Shown one piece after another: positions 43,761 to 50,826 of a stretch of 50,826 bases of DNA; the first letter of the stretch is position 1, and every line of letters begins with the position of its first letter. The notes under the pieces were generated by a model. The model searched no databases, was not told the origin of the DNA, and worked only from the letters and a program-made list of their open reading frames with translations. The stretch lies in the IMG/VR virus record IMGVR_UViG_3300028025_001180; one strand, given 5' to 3'. The position numbers were made by a program, and so were the translations under genes. This DNA is from a virus (taxonomy: Duplodnaviria > Heunggongvirae > Uroviricota > Caudoviricetes).

Positions 43761-43790
43761 AAATAAAAATACACCCAGGACATGGATGTA
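43761..43790 (-). terminator. intrinsic terminator in lysis-operon leader
   Basis: minus strand TACATCCA-TGTCC-TGGGTGTA-TTTTTATTT. Confidence 0.6.
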
Positions 43791-43835
43791 CAATATGGTC
43801 AGGACGACCTATTTAGGTTAATATCTAGTTCACTG

Positions 43836-43867
43836 CAAAACTAAGTAAAAAAGTTGAAACTACCAAA
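43836..43867 (-). promoter_or_regulatory. Bacteroidota promoter upstream of lysis operon
   Basis: minus strand TTTG-N20-TAGTTTTG. Confidence 0.8.
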
Positions 43868-43874
43868 TCTTTTT

Positions 43875-44243
43875 TTAGTAGGGCTGGTAGGATTTCTCCT
43901 CTACAAAGTCAGAGCCATACTTAATATTAATTTCTTTTTTAATATGTGCTCTTCTATCATTTAATCTGTAGACAGATCTAGCTAAGTTAACAAACTCTTC
44001 TCCAAAACTACTAGATCTTTCAAAGTCTCTTAGAAGGTCTTCCACCTTCCAAAGATTTTGGTTCACTTCAAGCAGTCTGTCTGTCAAAGGATCATGTAAG
44101 ATTTCAGGATGTACAGCATCATTCAAATAATTTCTCTCTTTGAAAACATTAACTAGTTTGTCTTTGTCTGTAATGTTCAAAGCTTTGATGGAAAGTATAG
44201 TCCATTTGTCTACTACTTCTCCTACAGAAACTTCAATTTTCAT
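43875..44243 (-). CDS. DUF6165-like protein
   Basis: start MKIEVSVGEVVDKWTIL.IK at 44243; L..VN..LW.VED..R, LARSVY..ND.RA.IK.EIN...GS..VEEKSY. Confidence 0.85.
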   Translation of the reverse strand: MKIEVSVGEVVDKWTILSIKALNITDKDKLVNVFKERNYLNDAVHPEILHDPLTDRLLEVNQNLWKVEDLLRDFERSSSFGEEFVNLARSVYRLNDRRAHIKKEINIKYGSDFVEEKSYQPY

Positions 44244-44253
44244 ATCAAAATGT

Positions 44254-44298
44254 TTTGTTATTTTCAACAAAAATAGTAACTTTGTTTGAAATAACCAA
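44254..44298. promoter_or_regulatory. two overlapping divergent Bacteroidota promoters
   Basis: plus TTTG(44254-57)-N19-TAACTTTG(44277-84); minus TTG(44298-96)-N20-TATTTTTG(44275-68). Confidence 0.75.
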
Positions 44299-44301
44299 GA
44301 A

Positions 44302-45228
44302 ATGAAACCAGTTTGTTTGAATCTGGAAGAATGTAATGGATTAGGTGACCTGATCTGTGCCACCCCCACTATCAAAAAGCTATTTGAAAGCTATCAAAGA
44401 AAGATAACTGTACTGTCTCAGATGCCTGAGCTATTTAAGATGAATCCATATGTAGAGAAGAGCTATAAGAGCAGCTCTGTAGATATGACGTACATACAAT
44501 GTAATTACATTGTACATAATTCATTCTACTTAGTAGGTAAAAAGGACGAGCGTGGTATAGAGATGAAGCACAACATGATGGATATCAGACAGTTCCATGC
44601 TATACATCTAGGATTTATGCTTACTCAAGATGAACTAGAGTGTCACTACAGACCTATAGAACAACAAGTTAATCATATAGAAGGTAAGTATGCTGTGATA
44701 CATCCTGTTAATAGCTGGCCTAATAGAACCTGGTCTCAAGATAACTGGCTTAATTTAGTTGATGAACTAATCAAATGGGGATATAAAGTGGTAGCTGTGG
44801 GTAAGGATAGCTCTGAGACAGGGTTCTTTAATGTAGACAAACCTGTACATGAGATGAATGATAAGGTGATTAACCTGATGAATCAAACATCTATCTCTGA
44901 GACTTGGCACTTGATTAACAATGCTGCAGTTGTTATCACTATGGATAGTGGCATCCTACACTTAGCAGGTACAACCAACACTAATATTGTTGAACTAGGC
45001 TCTCCTATCAATCCAGAGTTTCGTAGACCATATAGAAAAGAAGGCAAACATATATACGTAAGAGGAGGATGTGGATTACATTGTTCATCCAATATGAAAT
45101 ATGCTCTTGAGTATTGGGACACTATAGACTCTGTGCAACCATTGATAGGATGTTTAGAGAAGAAAGAAACATTTGAATGTCATCCATCTGTAGCTCAGGT
45201 TATTCATTCAATTAATACCAACTTATGA
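44302..45228 (+). CDS. glycosyltransferase family 9 (heptosyltransferase-like)
   Basis: GLGD..CATP, W.NR.W...NW..L, L..NA..VIT.DSGILHLA. Confidence 0.85.
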   Translation: MKPVCLNLEECNGLGDLICATPTIKKLFESYQRKITVLSQMPELFKMNPYVEKSYKSSSVDMTYIQCNYIVHNSFYLVGKKDERGIEMKHNMMDIRQFHAIHLGFMLTQDELECHYRPIEQQVNHIEGKYAVIHPVNSWPNRTWSQDNWLNLVDELIKWGYKVVAVGKDSSETGFFNVDKPVHEMNDKVINLMNQTSISETWHLINNAAVVITMDSGILHLAGTTNTNIVELGSPINPEFRRPYRKEGKHIYVRGGCGLHCSSNMKYALEYWDTIDSVQPLIGCLEKKETFECHPSVAQVIHSINTNL

Positions 45229-47870
45229 AAAAATTATTAATCATTACTCCTCATCTATCAACAGGAGGAGCTCCACAGGTGACAGTTAATAAGATTGAAC
45301 TACTTAAGGATAGCTTTGATATCATGGTGGTTGAATGGGAGTGTATAGCCTGGGCATTTGTTGTACAAAGAAATAGAATCATTAACCTTGTAGGAGATAA
45401 GTTTAAGTCTTTAGGAGAGAACAAGAAGACTGAACTGTTGGAAATTATACAGGAGTTCCAACCAGATGTAATATCTATGGAAGAGTTTCCAGAAATGTTT
45501 ATGCCTGATGATGTCACAGCACAAATCTACCACAAAGATACACCATGGAAGATAGTAGAAACTACACATGATAGTTCCTTCAGACCTGAGTGGAAGAGAT
45601 GGGCACCTGATAGATTTATATTTGTTAGTCCTTATAACGCATTCAAATACGTCAACTTAGATATACCAATGGATATAATTGAATATCCTGTAAATAAGAA
45701 AGGACGTAATAAAGTGGAGATGCAAAACAAGTTAGGACTAGATCCTAGTTACAAACATATTGTCACTGTAGGACTGTTCACTCCTAGGAAGAATCAAGCT
45801 TATGCTTTTGAAATGGCTAAAGAGCTAGAGAAATATAAGGTGAAGTTTCACTTCTTAGGTAACCAAGCTGGTAACTTTGAGTCTTATTGGAAGCCATTAA
45901 TGCAGAATAAACCAGACAACTGTGTCATCTGGGGAGAGCGTGATGATGTATCTGAATTCCTACAGGCTTGTGATGTGTTCTTCTTTCCATCTAAGGGAGA
46001 CAGAGGTAACAAGGAACTTAATCCAATAGCCATCAAAGAAGCTATGGAATATGACATAGTTAAGTTAATGTATAACCTAGATGTGTATTGTAACAAATAC
46101 AATGGTCAGAAGGACATGATGTATTTAACAGGTGACATAACTATTGATACAGTTAATCTTATGATAAGACTAGACCTAGATAGACTAGACGAGGAGTTAA
46201 TCATCATAGGTACCTATCCTAATCTAAAGGAGCGTGTTAACTTAACTAAGAAAACCATAGAGTCTATGAAGTCTCTAGGTAGAAAGATTATGTTAGTCTC
46301 ACACTACCCTGTAGACGATGAGATTCAACGTATGGTAGATTATTACATCTATGATGCACACAACCCACTCACTCATCACAGCTATTACACAAAGTTTTAT
46401 AATGATACCTCCCATTACTATGCTGAGATAAACATCAATGGGCTTAAGGATACCAATCAGTCTCTTACAGTGTTAACTAATATGTACAATGGATTTAAAG
46501 CTGCTAAACAGTTAGGATACAAACGTGTGTTCTATAATACATATGATGTTATTGTAGATCTTAGAGACTTACAGATGATAGAAACAGCATTTGCTTCTGG
46601 TAAGAATGCATACTTAGCTACCCTTCCTACACCTATGGGTAAAGGAATTCAGACTAATGGAATGATGTTTGATATAGACTACTTCCTTAATACATTTGAT
46701 GACACAGCTGACGCAAAAGAATACAATAGAATCTGTGAGCAAATAGGAGCTCAGAACTTCTTAGAGGACTATCTATCAAAAAGAATCAATGATGATAATG
46801 TAGAAATAGTTACCAATGAGCAAGAAACATTACTAATCCATAGTGGCTTAGGCACATCTTCTAACAGTGAGTATTATTCTATTGTTCCAATTGTTGGAAA
46901 ACCAAACAATTATATGTTCTATTTCTTTACATATAATGTAGACCACAGAACTATATATGTTACTATAGGAGATGTAGACAAAAGAATCCAAGTGGCTAAG
47001 ACTAGAGAATGGATGTATCCTTTTAAGTTTAATGGAGATCCAATTGATATACAACTAGACTTCTACGATGGAGATCATTGCTACAAAATAGAGAAGTATA
47101 ACCTAAACAAGAACAATCTAGATAAGTATCAAAGCACAGGTAGGTTTGAATTCAAACAGAAAGATAGACCAAGAATAAAATTAGTTCACATACAAACTAC
47201 ATTAAACGATGAAAGAGAACAAGCCAGTAGAGCATCCCTTGAACAAGTCAAAGACCATGGTTGGGAATACAGGTTACACCTTAACAAGCCCTATAAATCA
47301 CTACCACCATCATACAACTGCATTAGACCAGATTGTGTTTCAATGGAACTCTTCAATGAACAGCAAGTTCAACAGTATGGTACTGCACTTACCCCAGCAC
47401 ATTATGGATGCTATCAAGCATTCAGAGATGCCATCCTAAGTGAATTTCATGATTGTGATTTCTTAATAGTGTGCGAAGGAGATTGTATTATTGAGACAGA
47501 CATACACAATTTCATACGAAAAGTTGAGGAATGTGCACACTTATTGGGACCAAACAACATAGAGTTTATGTCATTTGGTGATAAGGATACATTAGAACAT
47601 GGCTGGCCTCAGAGCCCTGAGGTAAGAAAAATCAATGATGTAATGTATGAAACCAACCACATTATTGGTTTACAATGCATCATGTTCCCAGCTCACATAG
47701 CTCCATGGTTAAAAGAAACATTACGTAAAGAACCTTGGGATGCTGCAGATATGTATTTCAACATTATATTTAACAACCAAAAGATGGGTATTGTATATGA
47801 AAGACTCACCACACAAGCAGATGGGTTTTCATTAATAGACAACATGGAAAAATCATTCATAAAGAAATGA
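45225..47870 (+). CDS. three-domain glycosyltransferase fusion (GT4 + unknown GT-A-like + GT25-like)
   Basis: N-terminal PHLSTGGAPQ...VG....KNQ...E-LNPIAIK-E; central domain paralogous to 47867..48853; C-terminal LTP..YGCY..F...LIVCEGD...IIGLQ. Confidence 0.8.
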   Translation: MKKLLIITPHLSTGGAPQVTVNKIELLKDSFDIMVVEWECIAWAFVVQRNRIINLVGDKFKSLGENKKTELLEIIQEFQPDVISMEEFPEMFMPDDVTAQIYHKDTPWKIVETTHDSSFRPEWKRWAPDRFIFVSPYNAFKYVNLDIPMDIIEYPVNKKGRNKVEMQNKLGLDPSYKHIVTVGLFTPRKNQAYAFEMAKELEKYKVKFHFLGNQAGNFESYWKPLMQNKPDNCVIWGERDDVSEFLQACDVFFFPSKGDRGNKELNPIAIKEAMEYDIVKLMYNLDVYCNKYNGQKDMMYLTGDITIDTVNLMIRLDLDRLDEELIIIGTYPNLKERVNLTKKTIESMKSLGRKIMLVSHYPVDDEIQRMVDYYIYDAHNPLTHHSYYTKFYNDTSHYYAEININGLKDTNQSLTVLTNMYNGFKAAKQLGYKRVFYNTYDVIVDLRDLQMIETAFASGKNAYLATLPTPMGKGIQTNGMMFDIDYFLNTFDDTADAKEYNRICEQIGAQNFLEDYLSKRINDDNVEIVTNEQETLLIHSGLGTSSNSEYYSIVPIVGKPNNYMFYFFTYNVDHRTIYVTIGDVDKRIQVAKTREWMYPFKFNGDPIDIQLDFYDGDHCYKIEKYNLNKNNLDKYQSTGRFEFKQKDRPRIKLVHIQTTLNDEREQASRASLEQVKDHGWEYRLHLNKPYKSLPPSYNCIRPDCVSMELFNEQQVQQYGTALTPAHYGCYQAFRDAILSEFHDCDFLIVCEGDCIIETDIHNFIRKVEECAHLLGPNNIEFMSFGDKDTLEHGWPQSPEVRKINDVMYETNHIIGLQCIMFPAHIAPWLKETLRKEPWDAADMYFNIIFNNQKMGIVYERLTTQADGFSLIDNMEKSFIKK

Positions 47871-48853
47871 AAAGAATAGTTATTATAAGTTGTTACCCTT
47901 CTGGACAGAGAGAAGTAGAAATTCTTAATAGATGTATAGAAGGATTTAGACATACAGGATGGGACATTATGATTGTTAGTCATCTACCAATTGATGAATC
48001 TACTGCTAAGAAAGTGGAATACACCATCTATGATAGTAACAATACATTCCTTCCTCCTACATACACCCCTAATTGGTGGTTTCAAACAAATGAACATGCC
48101 ATAAATATATTTAATGCAGGTCATACTCTTCCTATATGTAGAAACATGAGATGTGGCATTGGCTTAGCAAAGGCTATGGGATATGATGAGTTTATATTTA
48201 CAGAGTGTGATGTTCTTCTATCTGAGTTTGATGCAACTAAACTAGTAGGACTAATGGATGATATGAGTGGCTTAGATAAGAAGATGTTATTCTTTAGACC
48301 TGAAGAGTATAGAGACTGTGAAGGATCTTATGTATATGAGACATTGCTATTTGGTGGTAACACTACCTTCTTCCTAGATGTGTTTCAACCTCCACTAGAT
48401 GTAAATGAATGGTTACGCATACCTATGGGCTATACACTAGAGCTATCCTTCTACGAACAGTTTAGCAAACACGAAGACCAGTTTCTATTAGTACACGATC
48501 ATAGCTCTAACATATTCACAGACAGTGATGTCAATGTGCTTAGATATGGGTTGTTTAACTGTGAGCTATTATATAATGATGTTGTTCCAGAAGAGCCTGT
48601 TCTATTTATAATGAACGCATTGATATTAGAGGAATGGAAACATGTTGATGTTTATAAGAACAATGAACTAACACAAACACAAATCTTAGGCAAAGGACAC
48701 TATTGGTTCAATAGTTACAAATTAGATGGAGAAGAAATACGTGTAGAAGTATATGACATTGATAAAAAATACTTATTTTTGTCTAAGAAATTTACATTAA
48801 CCAAAGAGAACCTACCTCTGTTCAAAGAAAAAGGAATAATTAAATCAAAATAA
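47867..48853 (+). CDS. GT-A-like protein, stand-alone paralog of the central domain of 45225..47870
   Basis: IIISCYP...IMIVSHLPID...IYDSNN and AKAMGY.....ECDV align with IIIGTYP...IMLVSHYPVD...IYDAHN and AKQLGY.....YDV. Confidence 0.7.
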   Translation: MKRIVIISCYPSGQREVEILNRCIEGFRHTGWDIMIVSHLPIDESTAKKVEYTIYDSNNTFLPPTYTPNWWFQTNEHAINIFNAGHTLPICRNMRCGIGLAKAMGYDEFIFTECDVLLSEFDATKLVGLMDDMSGLDKKMLFFRPEEYRDCEGSYVYETLLFGGNTTFFLDVFQPPLDVNEWLRIPMGYTLELSFYEQFSKHEDQFLLVHDHSSNIFTDSDVNVLRYGLFNCELLYNDVVPEEPVLFIMNALILEEWKHVDVYKNNELTQTQILGKGHYWFNSYKLDGEEIRVEVYDIDKKYLFLSKKFTLTKENLPLFKEKGIIKSK

Positions 48854-48854
48854 A

Positions 48855-49406
48855 ATGGCACATCAAGCAGAACAAGCATTTTGCAGACTTGTAAAACAAG
48901 TTTTTCCTGAGTATTTTAAGAATGTAAATGTCTGTGATATAGGTTCACTAGACTTAAATGGTAACAACCACTATCTATTTGAAGACTATTCTTACATTGG
49001 TGTAGATATTGGTAAGGGTAAGAATGTAAATGTTGTAAGTAAAGGACATGAATACAGACCTATAGATGGTAAGAAATATGACACTGTTATAAGCACAGAA
49101 GTGTTTGAACATGATATGTATTGGAAAGAAACTATAATGAATGTTATAGAAAACCTATTAAGACCAGGAGGATTGTTTCTATTTACATGTGCTACAACAG
49201 GAAGACCAACTCATGGAACTAGTATATTTGATCCACAAGATAGTCCATTTACAATACAGGATGATGAGTGGGCTGGATATTACATGAACGTTACAGAACT
49301 AGATGTAAGAGAAGCAATAAACTTAGATAAGTATTTTTCTGCACATCACTTCTATGTAGATGACAACAGCTGTGATTTATATTTCTGGGGACTATTAAAA
49401 AAATAA
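48855..49406 (+). CDS. class I SAM-dependent methyltransferase
   Basis: VCDIGSLDLNG, YIGVDI..G.NV, DTVISTEVFEHD, LRPGG. Confidence 0.88.
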   Translation: MAHQAEQAFCRLVKQVFPEYFKNVNVCDIGSLDLNGNNHYLFEDYSYIGVDIGKGKNVNVVSKGHEYRPIDGKKYDTVISTEVFEHDMYWKETIMNVIENLLRPGGLFLFTCATTGRPTHGTSIFDPQDSPFTIQDDEWAGYYMNVTELDVREAINLDKYFSAHHFYVDDNSCDLYFWGLLKK

Positions 49407-49407
49407 T

Positions 49408-50100
49408 ATGCAAACAATAGATGTAATCATACTTACAAATACTAAGACTGAAAAGAGTCTTAGAATGACTTTAAGAACTATATACACCTTACGTGATAGT
49501 GAGGTGGGGTATAAGTTCAATGTGCATTTAGTGGAGTCAGGAAACGATCATACAAAGGACTATCTTGAAACAAAGATGGTAGCCAATTACATTAAGCCCA
49601 ATGAACCATTTAACTATAACAAGTTCATCAATATAGCTATGAACTATGTAACATCAGAGTGGGTTATTATATCCAACAATGATGTAGGTTATGAGAAGAA
49701 TTGGTTAACTGAGATGATGGTTGTTAGTAAAGAAAGACCAGACATACATTCTTTCTCTCCAAAAGATCCTGCATTATACATCAAGTACTTTGATTGGCAT
49801 TTTATAGATAGTCCATCTAAATATTTTGAAAGTTATGTTGTACATGAAGCACTGATGGGTTGGTGTTTGGTTGTTAAGAAGGAAGCACTAGATAAAATAG
49901 GTCCTTTTGATGAGCAGTTTGATATGTATTACCAAGACAATGACTATGCAAGAATGTTAATTAAACATGGTATCAAGCATGCGTTGGTGAGAGATTCTAT
50001 TGTCTGCCATTTGAGAACAGTAAATATAACCAAGCTCACTCCTGAAAGCATTAAGAAAATGGAAGAAGACAAAATTAAATTTGAAAGAAAATGGGAATAG
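49408..50100 (+). CDS. glycosyltransferase family 2
   Basis: IDVIILT, FNYNKF.N, IISNNDV, GWC, IG.FDE.F..YYQDND. Confidence 0.88.
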   Translation: MQTIDVIILTNTKTEKSLRMTLRTIYTLRDSEVGYKFNVHLVESGNDHTKDYLETKMVANYIKPNEPFNYNKFINIAMNYVTSEWVIISNNDVGYEKNWLTEMMVVSKERPDIHSFSPKDPALYIKYFDWHFIDSPSKYFESYVVHEALMGWCLVVKKEALDKIGPFDEQFDMYYQDNDYARMLIKHGIKHALVRDSIVCHLRTVNITKLTPESIKKMEEDKIKFERKWE

Positions 50101-50826
50101 TACAAGTAGCCACAGGATTAATTACCATCCCACCAAATGGTTGGGGTGCTGTAGAAAGACTTATATGGGCATATAAACAAGGACTAGAACAGTTAGGTGA
50201 AACTGTAGATATACAATACATCAATCATGTAGAGAACAAACCTGATCAGATTGTGCATACACATCTAGCAAACCTAGCGATTGACTGCAGAGATAGAAAC
50301 ATTCCTTATATATACTCATTACATGACCACCATACAGAATGGTATGGTAAGGATAGCTGGGTGTATAACCAGAATGTAGAAGCTATGAAAGGAAGTATTA
50401 TATCCTTTACGCATGCAGAATACTTGATTGATTACTTTGATACAGTGGATAAGCTATTCTATCTGCCACATGGTGCTGATATTGAATTCTTTACACCAGA
50501 CCATAGTCCAAAATCACATGCATTATTAATGATAGCTAATAATGGACTTGGTGGTGATTCAGGGTTTGATAGAAAAGGATTTAGATATGGTATAGAAGCA
50601 GCTAAGGAGTTGAATCTTCCTATTACTATAGCTGGTCATCCTGATAATAATAAGTTCTTTGAGATACACTCTGATTTATTAGACTATCCAAAGTTAACTT
50701 TAAAGTTAACAAATCCTACAGATGAAGAGATGAGAGAACTCTATCACACCCATACTATATTCTTACATCCCTCCATGCTAGAAGCAGGACACCCTAATCT
50801 AACATTGATGGAAGCCACAGCATGTG
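50091..50826 (+). CDS. glycosyltransferase family 4 (truncated by window end; not in ORF track)
   Basis: open frame MGIVQVATGLITIPPNGWGAVER..., RKG, LHPSMLEAGHPNLTLMEA. Confidence 0.85.
   Translation, partial: MGIVQVATGLITIPPNGWGAVERLIWAYKQGLEQLGETVDIQYINHVENKPDQIVHTHLANLAIDCRDRNIPYIYSLHDHHTEWYGKDSWVYNQNVEAMKGSIISFTHAEYLIDYFDTVDKLFYLPHGADIEFFTPDHSPKSHALLMIANNGLGGDSGFDRKGFRYGIEAAKELNLPITIAGHPDNNKFFEIHSDLLDYPKLTLKLTNPTDEEMRELYHTHTIFLHPSMLEAGHPNLTLMEATAC

Noticed and set aside
31175-43821. Plus-strand ORFs opposite the minus-strand operons (e.g. 33528..33902, 36941..37198, 41733..42074)
   Set aside because: Antisense reading of low-complexity or real genes.
1-50826. Alternative genetic code (TAG/TGA reassignment as in some crAss-like phages)
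   Set aside because: Long conserved genes (polB, rIIA, nrdJ, GT fusion) are intact under code 11, and TAG/TGA serve as stops with coupled starts.
1-50826. CRISPR array, tRNA, rRNA, introns/inteins
   Set aside because: No spaced direct repeats or cloverleaf/T-loop motifs were noticed; polB, dnaB, nrdJ and recA have ordinary lengths. A tRNAscan/ARAGORN run would be the definitive check.
1-50826. Prophage or host chromosome origin
   Set aside because: No integrase, repressor or housekeeping genes; gene density and content are phage-like throughout.
28838-50826. DNA hypermodification as the role of the GTs
   Set aside because: No hydroxymethylase, thymidylate-synthase homolog, TET/JBP or nucleotide kinase in the window; not excluded, but unsupported here.

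Overview
A 50.8 kb AT-rich segment of a large dsDNA tailed phage whose host is almost certainly a Bacteroidota. Evidence for the host: repeated TTG-N19/20-TAnnTTTG promoters, A/C-rich leaders without Shine-Dalgarno, signal peptides obeying the Gln+1 'Q-rule', a T9SS-CTD-like domain and a Bacteroidota-type parS. Gene content (PolB with ANTDG motif C, DnaB, crAss-type primase, AAA_24, UDG, rIIA/rIIB, NrdJ, RecA, dUTPase, GroES) resembles Crassvirales-like or Flavobacteriia phages; this is inference, no search was run. Layout: 1-1200 structured non-coding/terminus-like DNA; 205-30757 (+) early, replication, recombination and nucleotide genes ending in a small glycosyltransferase cassette; a bidirectional terminator at ~30770; 30788-44243 (-) basic-peptide operon, a Thr-tail/collagen/glycosyltransferase operon, a secreted/outer-membrane operon (CsgG-like x2, beta-barrel, cohesin, T9SS-CTD lipoprotein) and the lysis cassette; 44302-end (+) a large glycosyltransferase/methyltransferase cluster. 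No terminase, portal, capsid, integrase, tRNA or CRISPR array was seen; the standard genetic code fits. Best candidates for undescribed systems: (1) a mirror-symmetric A-A'-GT-B'-B operon pairing a glycosyltransferase with mucin-like Thr-tailed mini-proteins; (2) a phage-encoded outer-membrane secretion/display module with an apparently split T9SS cargo; (3) a host-type parS site; (4) an attenuator/sRNA leader on the lysis operon. All family assignments come from motif recognition by eye.
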